NCBI RefSeq assembly: GCF_001194135.2 | Contig: NC_068984.1 | Location: 81,258,062 to 81,322,061, forward strand | From: Octopus bimaculoides | Taxonomy: Eukaryota | DNA: 64,000 nt | Reading direction: 5' to 3' | In this document: positions 13,937 to 25,389 of the stretch, one piece after another | Layout of the letters: each line of letters opens with the position of its first letter | Numbering within the stretch: the first letter of the stretch is position 1 | Position numbers and translations under genes: made by a program | The notes under the pieces: generated by a model | The model's database searches: none | The model's input: the letters and a program-made list of their open reading frames with translations, nothing else | What the model was told of the DNA's origin: nothing

Positions 13937-13942
13937 TTTATT
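13937..13942 (-). promoter_or_regulatory. Candidate proximal polyadenylation signal (AATAAA) of the minus-strand gene
   Basis: First minus-strand AATAAA that I found downstream of the putative stop at 14508; function not shown. Confidence 0.25.
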
Positions 13943-13974
13943 TCAATCATGTAGAAAATTTTTAAACATCAGCT

Positions 13975-14180
13975 GTCATTTAGCCCCAAGTCATTAATGA
14001 TCAAGTAGAGGTATGATCAGATCAAATACATTCCAGGTATGACCACACCGTCTGTCTAGTTGTATTACATTATTTAAGTCTAATGCACTGTACTCATTCT
14101 TTTAAAATAATGGGGTATTATTTGAATTAGATTTGGTTGCTATTTCTAGTAGGTTGAGCAACCATGTAGAGGTGTCCTTT
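13975..14180. repeat. Interspersed repeat family E (gatttggctgctatttctag motif); copies at about 6225-6390, 26380-26610, 31700-31745, 36495-36600 and 50350-50525
   Basis: Recurrent motif and adjacent body in both orientations; class unknown. Confidence 0.55.
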
Positions 14181-14507
14181 TGAATAACGTCAGTGATTCA
14201 CTTAGCTGTTATAAATGTTATCAAATGTCTTTAAAAAACCACTTGTAACTGTCATATTTTCAACAGGCATCACCAGAACAAAAACCTGTTGCCTATTATT
14301 ACATTAAAGCACATTCATTTACACACTCGTATATATACATTAAATATTAACTGACAGACATATGTATATGAATATATAAGCAAGAGCATGCATATGAATG
14401 TATTTGCACATAGATACACATGCTTATACACACTCATACATATACTGCTAGAGGATCATATCCCAATTATAGCAGCTGCTCCCCAGCTGACAAGTTTTCT
14501 CCTGGAA

Positions 14508-14537
14508 TCAGTTAAACCATTTCTCTCCGACTGGGTC
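14508..14537 (-). CDS. Probable terminal coding exon: DPVGEKWFN*
   Basis: Acceptor ttatatttatttgtatag|GAC follows a 347-nt GT-AG intron (14538-14884). Phase 0 matches the upstream exon; TGA at 14510-14508. Confidence 0.55.
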   Translation of the reverse strand, partial: DPVGEKWFN

Positions 14538-14884
14538 CTATACAAATAAATATAACCAGGAGCACTAAGAGCCACCTATTTACTAATATCTACTCCATAG
14601 TGCTATTTCTAAAGGCACTTTCACGTTTTTCACCCTAGTTTATAAGTTCATATTTTCTACACTATAACTAACTTGCCAATTTACTTAATTAGACGCCAAT
14701 ATCTTGTGCACCATAATTACAAAATGTTAGTGGAATTTAATACTTTAAAACTATTTTGCCAAGAGGCAGAAGCTGAAAGAAAAAACAAGACAAACATTAA
14801 AACTATGTAGAGAAGGAAAATAAAATATTGTGCATATGTATGTATGTGTGTGAGAGAGTGTATAAAATTATTAAGAAAGCTCAC

Positions 14885-15046
14885 CATATTAAAGCTATTA
14901 TGTATACTCTTCTCAAATTCTTCAAGTTCATTGTAGACAGAGCCACTTCCGCCACCAGCAGTGTCTGTAGTACCCTCCAGGTTGGTTAACTCCCTGTGGG
15001 TTTGAAGGCTCTCACTGGCATTTACAGCCATTTTGAGTAGTCCCTC
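14885..15046 (-). CDS. Internal coding exon (162 nt, phase 0/0) of an unidentified gene: EGLLKMAVNASESLQTHRELTNLEGTTDTAGGGSGSVYNELEEFEKSIHNSFNM
   Basis: Acceptor ttctcacaaactag|GAG and donor ATG|gtgagc on the minus strand. The frame is open throughout, GC is higher than the flanks and the composition is protein-like. Overlaps track ORF 14717..15031, whose tail is intron read-through. Confidence 0.8.
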
Positions 15047-15866
15047 CTAGTTTGTGAGAAAAGAAGAAAGCGAAAGCACATTAAGAATAAAGCTTAATGG
15101 AAAAGATTTTACATTTCAATAAAGAAAAAGAAAAACATGAAACAGAAGGAAAGAACTAGTAGCTATGGGAGAGGAGACAGCTGATAGACTTCCAGGATAT
15201 TTCTCACAGTTAATGCAATATTAATCCAGAATCATAACATAAATATTCTGTTATTATAAAAGAAAAATGTAACACATCATCAACATGAATATCATTATTA
15301 TTTCAATGACCTCTCTTGTCATACTGATAATGATTGGGATAGGTCTACAGGGCTCCACAAATTCTTCCATTCATCTTAATCATGTACCATCTTATCTGTA
15401 AGGCTCAACATTAATGTCAAGAATAATATAACTACCAAGGAAAACTTGGTTTATTTTACCAGCTTTTCCTCTTCAACATGGCAAATTTATTCTATGTTGA
15501 TTTTTTTATTTTGTAATAATTCTGCTTGTTCATACATTACTTAGACTGTCTATAACACTTTCATGTGATTAGTTGAAGGGAGAGGCAGAGAGCAAGAGAA
15601 AAATGTTTATGACATTGTAAAGCTTTTACATGATTAGTTGAAGAGAAAGAGAGAAGAAGAAGAGAGAAAAAAAGGATGAGGTGAAGAGTGAGACAGAAAG
15701 AGGGAGAGAGAGAGAGAGGGAAAAGGGGGAGAGAGAAGCATTCATGATGTGAGATGCGGGAATGCAATATTTATTATGTGGTTAAAAAAGTTAGTTGAAG
15801 GTAGTGATATAGAGGAGAGTTAGAAATACAACATTAGCAGAGGGGTGATGTTCTGATGGTGAGGTT

Positions 15867-15903
<37 letters not shown>

Positions 15904-18539
15904 GAAATAATGATGGTGGTGAATTGAAAGGTGTACATAAAATTGAAATGTGTATTGGCTCTGACCCATTGTCTTGGCTTATATGCTAAATGGAAAAATA
16001 AGAGTGAATATTTATTTGATTAGTGCCATGTATTAAGTCTATAAAATTGTACATAAAGTATATATATAAAATGCATTAAATAATCATCATATTCCAATTT
16101 CCTTCACTTTTCAATGAGTAGCAGATGAGCGACTATCTTTTGATACAGACACAACACAGGCTACGCTTTCAAGTTTTTTGGATAAAGTTTTCAGAAATAA
16201 CCCAATAGGTTTACCATTAATTTCGTGAAATATTCACAGGTCTTGCTAATATTTATTATTTACCAAAATAGACAATCGTTGTTTTCTGTGGATTCTACTG
16301 TTTCAGCTATTTTCCCAAGTTAACATTTTAAATCCAACTTAAATTTAAAGCACTTTATGCATTAGCTATCTAACCTCAATCATTTTTATACCACCTAGAT
16401 AGATTGATACATCAGTCATCAGTTTAAGCTAAAGTCAGGACCTTTCTTGAGTTGACGTGAGTCTTATTTGATGATACAAAATAATGGTCATTAACACCCA
16501 TACTTTTGACATGAGATAAAAAAAAAAAGTCTTCGCATAGTGACCAGACCTATAAGAAATAGCTACCAAGTTGCATCCTTCCACATTACAAAAATACGCA
16601 GTAGATGTATAATCCAAGATATATCTAAACATAAAGATATGATAGTCCACTGGATCCAGGTTGACTTGATGGAAGAGGTGGGGATGGGGGAATACAATGC
16701 ATGAGATTAACAACTCCGCAACTTATAATCTTTGAAAATAATTAATCTCAGACAGCCATTTAATAAAATATTTTTCTTTCTTTTTTTTTATATATTTCAT
16801 ACACAAGCATGAATGTGCAACATTTTGGGGTCAACTTATGTCTTGTGAGCTATGGAAATGTGTATGCATATGAATGCAGGCATATTTATTAATGTGTGTG
16901 TACATATGTATATGATTGTCTACATTCTGTGCTGAGCTGATGTTTGTTGTCATTACCTGGTCAACAAATGTACTTTTGAGGATGAGTGGAACGAAAAACT
17001 CTCTAGCTTGAAAAACGAGTGTTAGTGACAGGGAGGACATCCAGTTATAAAACAATATGTTTATCCAACCCATGCAGCTTGGAAAAATGGACATAAAACA
17101 AACAAATGAACACATATTTACTAACAAAGAAAACATTCTTTCAGATTTTAATTTTATTTAACCCAGAACAGAGTAAAAGACAGTGAAACTGAATAAGATT
17201 TGAACTCAGAATATAAATTGATGTAACTAAATGCACGTAGCTTTTCTCATCATTAACCTATTTATCACTGATCAGAGATAAAACATTATGCACAATTGCT
17301 AACCATATTACGCTTATTACAAATTGATCTATGGTAACACAGGTCAGTGATCACTTAAAACATTCTACATATACTGAGAAAACACACCCTGGTGACTGCA
17401 CACAATGCTCAGCTACCCAGAATGCACTGGTCATTACTTGTGTTTAGATGTCCATGCTCTGAGGGAGCACATATCTTGTACAGATTTATGCAAATTTATC
17501 TGTCAATATGGGACTGGTGAACAGAAAAAAATATGGATGTTGCAGATAAGTGTAACCGTTACAGGAAAAGTTAGAGATTCTCAAGAAAATAAGTGACAGT
17601 GAATGCTTGTGGACTGTGGGGTTTGGTGTTAATGAATTTACTATAGGTTTCATTAAAAAAAAAAAAATGCAGACAATTCATTTATTACAGATTTATTTGT
17701 CACTGTGTTGTTTTGGAACCAAATTTCTGTGATAATGAGGACAGATGTACTACCCAATTCTTCATATTACTAAAATTTAATTTAAACACCTACATCCATT
17801 GACTAACCATAATTACTAACAGAATAATGGATATTTTTATTTCTCCTGACAAATAGTCAAGAAAATTACTGAATAAACTCAGTGAATTAAATGCAAAACA
17901 TCACTTGAGCAAACCTATGATCACTGCATGTTGGTATAGGCTCCTTTTCTTTTTTCTTTGTCGCTAATAGATTTTTCCTGAACTAATATAAGAACGAGAT
18001 CCAGATTCCAAGAAGACTATAATGCTAAAACTGATACAGTGAATAACAATTGAGTTAGAGAATGAGAAGTTTCACAATGAACAGCACTGCTGGGCTGGAA
18101 AACAGTTGAAGAGAAAAACAGAAAAGTGTAGTAAGCATGGAAGTAAGTATAATTACAATCCAGGAAGCATCACTAATATTTAGTTCCTATGTACCAAATT
18201 TTCTAGCAGGGGAAATTTGGCAGGATACCAAAATAAAATAACTGGCCTGCATTAAGAAAAGAAAAAAAAAAAAAAGAGTAGCAGAAAGAATTAAGGAGCA
18301 ATTCTGGCAACTCGTTTAACTGTCTCAGAGAACTGGTTTTCAAAATTGGCATCTCAGAAGAAAATACGTTACACTAATCGGAAAAGATGGTAGAATAGAA
18401 AAACAAAGAAAAAAGATTATCTTTTAGATGTTAAGACGTTTTTTTTTTGTTTTTTTTTTTTGTTTTATAGAGAGTCCAAATTGGAAAAAGTTGAAAAAAA
18501 GTAGAACAAAGAATCTGAGTAACATGATTCAGCAGATAA

Positions 18540-18617
18540 ATAATGGGAGTCTCATACATATTNNNNNNNNNNNNNNNNNNNNNNNNNNNNNNNNNNNNNN
18601 NNNNNNNNNNNNNNNNN

Positions 18618-18654
<37 letters not shown>

Positions 18655-18790
18655 GGGAGTCTCATACATATTGTAACAAATATATATATATATATATATA
18701 AATAATGGGAGTCTCATATACATTGTAACAAATATATATATATCAATATAAATAATGGGAGTCTCATACATATTTGTAACAAATATATAT
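18540..18790. repeat. Minisatellite: four copies of ataatgggagtctcata(c/t)a(t/c)attgtaacaa plus a variable (TA)n
   Basis: Unit starts at about 18540, 18651, 18701 and 18752; an N gap lies inside. Confidence 0.85.
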
Positions 18791-19709
18791 ATATACACAT
18801 ACACATACATATATATACACACACACATGCATGCATATTTTTTTACTGGATTTACAAAGTTTGAATCAAATTTTCTTTGTACAATGTAAAAAAATCTTCA
18901 TATTTTTTTCCAATTAGAAATGCTTACACACACACTCACTCACTTTCACATGCATTTATTGAGAACTTGCATCAGTGAATTTCTTTACATTTCCACAAAC
19001 CGGATTATACAAATGGATTAGAATAACCATTTTAGTGCAGAAAATTATGTTGAATAGTTATTCTATTTATTCTAACTAGTGAAATGAAGTCATTTACTTA
19101 TCAAAAGTGGTACCATTTTGGTACCAACCTGCCTGAAACCATCTCTGGTCCTATGATACAAGCTCCCTGTTTTAAAGTGAGCTGAATGAAACATGTGGGA
19201 AATCTTTTTTAAACCTTCCATCAAAATCTCATGTTAATTTATGTTCTAAATACCAATTTAATAACAACAAAATTATCTTCCTAAAGTCTTCATTATTTTC
19301 AAATTTAGTCAAAACGTTTGGATATGTATACATACACACCACAGATGCACCCAGCAGATGCACCTTATAGGGCAAGCAGGCTTGCATTAATATCAATAGT
19401 GTGACGTCATGTGTTGCTGAATATTGAATATAAATACATACGTAAATATAATGAAACATATTCACTTATCATTTTAATAAGGAACCAAAAATATCAATGT
19501 TTGAAACTAATAAAATGATGAACTCAAACAAAGCTATATCAGATTTGTGTTTGATATGCATTTTATATGCGAAATTTATATGTGAAACCAACTAAAATTG
19601 TGTCTGTAAACATCTTCATCATTTAATAACACACAGGATCTTTTGCTGGGAGAATCAGCATTAGTAAGTTTGAGCATAATTTTAATGTATGCAATTATAA
19701 ACCATGCCA

Positions 19710-19718
19710 CTGCTGAGG

Positions 19719-19789
<71 letters not shown>
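19710..19789. repeat. (TAA)n microsatellite
   Basis: Pure run ending at an N gap. Confidence 0.95.
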
Positions 19790-19799
19790 NNNNNNNNNN

Positions 19800-20050
19800 A
19801 ATTCCTATCATAGTAGGTGCCTTAGGTATAATAAAAAAATATTCAGACAAATACATAACAAAAATAGCAGGACTTACAAATATATATAACATACAGAAAA
19901 TTGCACTACTGGGTACTGCACACATCCTACGCAAAACACTTTCAATACAGTAAACATAAGAGCACCACAGCAAACCACAGTACATACCCAAGGCGCACAG
20001 AGCTGCGCTCGGTAGTGAAGTGAAAGCACGTTATAAAAATAAAACTACTG
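19800..20050 (+). mobile_element. 5'-truncated R4/Dong-like non-LTR retrotransposon (end of the RLE ORF plus 3' UTR)
   Basis: 19801-19953 encodes IPIIVGALGIIKKYSDKYITKIAGLTNIYNIQKIALLGTAHILRKTLSIQ*, carrying the GALG...QK.ALLGT..ILR motif. It is flanked on both sides by (TAA)n, with a 10-N gap at the left junction. Confidence 0.8.
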
Positions 20051-20930
20051 AATAATAATAATAATAATAATAAACCTTTCTACTGGAAGCACAAGACCTA
20101 AAATTTGTGGGGAGGGGACTATCAATTACATTGACCCAAGTGTTTCACTGGTACTTAATTTATCAACCCCAAAATGATGAACAGCAAAGTCGACCTCAGC
20201 AGAATTTGAACTCAGAACACGAAGACAGATGAAATACTGCCAAGCATTTCACCCAGTGTGCTAACAATTCTGCCAGCTCACTGACTTGCATAATAATAAT
20301 AATAATAATAACTGAAGTCTCTTTTTCTTTTTTTTTTCCCCCAGAAACAAACAAAAATACTCATTAACCAAAGAATTTTCTAGGAAGTAGTTAAAGATGA
20401 AAGTGAAATAAAGCACTGCAGGCAAGTCTAGTAGTAAATCTAACATTATTGTTGACACTGAGTAAAGACAAAGAAAAAAGAAACAAAACGAAAAAGAAAA
20501 AAAGAAAACAAAGTCTAAATCACAGTCATTAACAAATAGACAGCCCACCCCAAATTATTGTTAAGTGACACTACTAAATGTACTAATGGGATAATGAGGA
20601 GGTCAGTAACAGCCACTTTACATAACTGTCATCACTTAAGAAGTTTATAACACATTCAGCTGAAGTAATCAAACAGTAGAGGAAGCGTGATGGTGGAAAC
20701 ACTCAATTAAGTTTCAAAGACTGTTCAATAATTCTTCACTTTCCTTGGATTGGCATGAATTATGTGAAATACCATTAAGGGACAATGAAAGAAATTTTGC
20801 AAAGATTTTCTCTTGCAGACTTAATAAAAGAATATAGTTCAAAATTAATGAATCAATTAATGAAATTGTTTCTTGTTTTCATAATGAAAATATTCAAATG
20901 AAATAACATTTCCTTTTACCCAATTTTAAT

Positions 20931-21405
20931 TTAACCCTTTCACTGCAGAAATCAGATGTATTCACTCAAAATTTCATTACCCTTAACTGCAGAAAGCAGT
21001 TTTTTTTTTGTTTTTTTTTATACAAGTCTATCTTTTGTTAGAGAATGTCATGTTTGAGGCTAATTTTGTTGAGATATCTCAAGTTTACTGAGGCAATGTG
21101 ACTTACAGAAACTGCCAATTTTAGTTTTTGGTAGATATTACTAGAATCATCATCATCATCATCGTTTAATCTCCGCTTTTCATGCTGGCATGGGTTGGAC
21201 GGTTTGAATGAGGACTGCGAGCTAGATGGCAACACCAGGCTCCAATCTGATCCGGCAGAGTTTCTACAGTTGGATGCCCTTCCTAACGCCAACCACTCTG
21301 AGAGTGTACCAGGTGCTTTTACATGCCACCAGCACGAGGATCAGTCAGGCGGTACTGGCGACGGCCACGCTCAAATAGTGTTTTTTATGAAATTTAATTT
21401 TGCAA
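20931..21405 (+). mobile_element. piggyBac-like MITE interrupted by a SINE at about 21150-21375; sister copy at about 12430-12685
   Basis: Left end TTAAccctttcactg here and right end cagtgaaagggTTAA at 12685; internal segments align between the two loci. Confidence 0.55.
21150..21375 (-). mobile_element. Family-C retroposon tail/SINE ending (GAT)n; copies at about 2940-3035, 24520-24680, 38395-38520, 46805-46950, 49680-49810 and 58152-58245
   Basis: catcatcgtttaa..cgctttccatgc..ggcatggg..ggatgcccttcctaa motif recurs at all of these loci. Confidence 0.75.
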
Positions 21406-22744
21406 AATTGTTAGCATGCCGGGCAAAATGCTTAGCAGTACTTCATCTGAGTTCAAATTCTGCTGAGGTTGATGTAATCAACATGTCAAAATTTGAAACT
21501 AAGATTTAACCCTTTTAATATCAGTACACCTGATCACAAACATCTTGTTTCAAAGTGCTTTAGACCAAAACCTTCCATCAAAATTTTGTGTGTATCTGTT
21601 CCAAACGTTAGTTTATTAATGACAAAATTATTTCCTTAATTCATCAATAATTTCGAAATTAATTGAAATAATGGCAGTATGTTTGAACAGAAATATGGTT
21701 ATAGAAGCGTTAGTAACTATTTCAACACTAACATTGAAGCAAAATAGCTGAGTGGCTGAGAAGTAGTACAGCCTATATTCCTTTCTTCCAAACCTGTTTC
21801 AGACACTATCTGAGATGTGGACTCATAATTGTAAATTTATCACAGAGGCAAAATGTTGAAAATAGGATCCAGGCACTTTGGAAAATGTATCTGCAGTAGA
21901 TAAATACAAAGTGATTAAGTCATTGATTTACCTAATGTCTGTTCAATATGCTCCAGAGGTTCTTTTTCATTTTATAATAATTCTTTTTGTGCAACAGAGA
22001 CTTCACAATGCTCATTTTTAATGTCTTCACTGTACAATTTCTGAAGCTCAACAACAGCCAAATAAATAATTGGAAGACAATTAGCAGCTGTTAATGTCAG
22101 AGATGTGGCAATTTGGTAATGTGGCACAAGTGATACCAAACACTATCTTTAGTGACATGATAGAGTTAACAAGAATACAATAACTGTTTCTAACACAGGC
22201 ACAGAACTACAAATTTGAGGGAAAGGGTTAATCAATTTTATCAACATGAGTCTTTGATATCCAATTTTCTTTCAACATAACTGTATTCAACCAGTTTTAT
22301 ACCATTAGTATTTACAACTCATTTCTCTCAAATCACTATTGATCTTAAAAGAATCACTGCCCTGGATTCACTACTAAACAACCCATGTACCTCATATAGT
22401 CATATTTTTTTAATTCATTTCTTTTTATGGAGATAGCAACCATATTAAGCAACTTACACTTGGTTCAGTCCACTTTCAGACTTTTGAATAAATCAAGAGA
22501 TGTGCAGTTCAATATGGTTACAGTAAAATTGGTAATGTTTTTTTGAATGTTTACACCTGAGTGGCCTCCACATACACAAGGACTAAGTGGTGGTGTGAAC
22601 ATCATTACTTTATTTTACTGACCCTGAAAGGATGAGAACAAAGCAGATTTCAGAATGGAAAGAGCCACAACAAACAGCATTAGTCATTTTGTCTAATGTT
22701 GTAATTATTCTGCCAACCAACTGCCCAAAATAATAATAAGGGGA

Positions 22745-23425
22745 AATTCTTGTATCGGTATAAAGCCTGAAACTGAAAGGAAGGGAATTAATTAATGCTA
22801 TCAACCCCAGTACTTAGTTTGAACTTTATTCTGATCCTGGAAGGATGGAAGGTAAATGTGACCATCATGGGATTTGAACACAGAATGTAAAGAACCATTA
22901 TTTTTGTCTTGTGCTTTAATGATTTTGCAAATGAATGACCCATAATGATAATAATAATAATAATAGTAATAATAACAATAATGATAACGATAACAATAAT
23001 GGTAACGATAACAATAATGGTAACGATAACAATAATGGTAACGATAAGCCTTTCTACTGAAGACACAAGGCTTGAAATTCTGGGGGAGGGGACTAGTCAA
23101 TTACACTAACCCCCCAGTATTTCACTGGTACTTAATTTATTGACCCCGAAAGAATGAAAGGCAAAGTCAACCTTAGCAACTTTCACCCAATAACGATGAT
23201 GATAACAATGGTTTGAAATTTCAGCACAAATTCAACAATTTTAGGGGTGGAATCCAAGTCAATTACCACACCCAATTCAACCAGTACTTATTATTTTATC
23301 AACCCTATATAGATGAAGGGCAAAGTCAACTGTGGCAGAATTTGAAAGTAGAATGTAAAGAGGTGGAAGAAATACTACTAAGCATCTTGTCTGGTATGGT
23401 ATTGACTCTGCCAACTTGCTGCCTT
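22745..23425 (-). mobile_element. Cluster of three family-M SINEs separated by trinucleotide tracts; other copies at about 20072-20285, 37974-38185 (+), 43560-43745 and 48890-49105
   Basis: Same core and tail motifs as the family-M copies elsewhere in the window. Confidence 0.75.
22940..23046. repeat. (AAT)n tract grading into an 18-bp minisatellite (taacgataacaataatgg x3.5)
   Basis: Direct reading of the sequence. Confidence 0.85.
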
Positions 23426-23568
23426 TATGATAATAATGATGATAATAATAACAACAACAACAACAACAATCTTGTTTATTAACAATATTGAAGTTATAAA
23501 TTATAAGTCGAAAAGAAACATTTATGATTTCAGTCACGAGTTTACCTATCAATGAATCTTCTCTGAAT

Positions 23569-23606
<38 letters not shown>

Positions 23607-24340
23607 TGTATATATATATATTTGCTGTGAGTCATCTGCAGTAGTATCATATACAGTCTGCCAAGTTAAGACATTGTGAGTTTGTGAGTAACTGCAGAAG
23701 AATTATCACCTACTGCAATCACAGAGAAACAAATAGACCAACCAGGTTAATAAACTACAAAAACAATATAACTGGAGTAGGCTATTTCTAACTTTGTAAA
23801 CATTGAATATAACAGATGTTGCACCAGATGGAAATTCTTCTTATAATCTGTATACAAGATATTTCTTTGAGATAAAAAGAAAGCAGCCCTAAAAAGATTG
23901 GGCCAACGCTATGGTTCTGGAATTATAAAGATGCATTTGTATGCACAGACATATATATATATGTGTGTGTGTGTGAGTATACACACACACACACATGCAC
24001 AAATACATATTTTATTTAAAACCATATAAAGAATCAAAATACATTATTCGAATAGCAATAGGATTTTATTGCTTTTATATACTAGCATTTAAAGAGTGTC
24101 CTTAATATAAGTTTATTACAAGAGTTCAAGTGAACAGTGTGTATATGTATGCATGTGTGTTGTTGTAACTGCATGTGATAACATGTGGAGTGTTATGTGC
24201 AGTGGAGTAGATAGATAAAGATCTTTGTATAAAAGGAAGTATGTAAAGAAATGCTTATGAAATTTTTAAAAGAGCAGAAAAAGAAACTTACAATGGAAGC
24301 AAGAGGGATCAATTAAAATTTAGCCATTATATATAAATAT

Positions 24341-24371
<31 letters not shown>

Positions 24372-25325
24372 CATATGTATATGTTTTATTTCTTTTCTGA
24401 GAATTAATAAAGAATAAGAGCAGAAAGTTGGTGATTGATAAATGCTTTATTATTTCAAGGACAAGAACTGGGCTGCATGGTCTCAAGTTCAAATCTCATG
24501 AGCAAGGCACCATAACATTCCTGACTGGGATTGCAACACAAGTTGCCTTAGGAAGGGCATCCAACTGTAGAAACCATGTCAAAACAAGTAACTGGAGCCT
24601 GGGGCAGTTCCCCAGCTTGCCAGCTCCTGTCAAACTGTCCAAACTAAGCCAGCATGGAAAATGGATATTAAATGATGATGATTGTTTTGAATTAGTCATG
24701 CATATCTTGTAGCTTTGAGATTTCAATGACGTGATTTGATAATTTTTAAAATGATAGATATGGTCAGTTTAAATGCTAAAGGGTTGAATAAAATTTACAG
24801 GCTTTGGTCCAAAATAGTTTGATTATAAAATAAAGGCCACACAAATACTACATTGCCCACCCATCCCCACCTGAAGAAATTGGTAAATCATTCTATTTAG
24901 GTGATAATGGTAGTGGTGGATGATGAAGAAGAAGAAGAAGAAGAGTATGAGGATGGTATGTGTTTAAGTTCTTGTTTGCTAGATAAGCTGACTTGATTGT
25001 ATAATAATGGATGTCATATTGTTGAACAAAGAATACCAGTGATTTAATCTACTTTACTTTTCTTCCAACAGCATCTGCGCCAATTTTGTTTATAATAATG
25101 GCGAAACAGTTGCATCACTACAGCTGTTGCACTATATTCTCTCCACCACCGCTGCTGCCACCACCACCACCACCACCACCATCACTGTGATTATCAAGTT
25201 CCAGTGCAGAGTTTGGTTTAGCTAAACAGCTGGAAGTGATTTGGACAAAGATGATGCATGAGTGCTCAGCACAAGCAGAAAACACCTTGATTAAAAGATA
25301 AGAAATGAATGACTTCCAGTAGAAC

Positions 25326-25389
25326 CTACTTCAGAAAACAGTGTTGGGCAGCTACTTCTGTAGCTGCCCAACACTGTTTTCTGAAGTAG
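25326..25389. repeat. Perfect 30-bp inverted repeat with a 4-nt loop
   Basis: ctacttcagaaaacagtgttgggcagctac-TTCT-gtagctgcccaacactgttttctgaagtag. Confidence 0.95.

Noticed and set aside
14448-14510. Selenocysteine read-through of the TGA at 14510 (frame continues FQEKTCQLGSSCYNWDMIL*)
   Set aside because: No redox motif context and no SECIS element recognised downstream; an ordinary stop is simpler.
17340-17600. Non-repetitive island with a good minus-strand acceptor
   Set aside because: All three frames stop within about ten codons.
18540-18790. CRISPR-like repeat-spacer array
   Set aside because: Eukaryotic context, spacers are simple (TA)n, and there are no cas genes.
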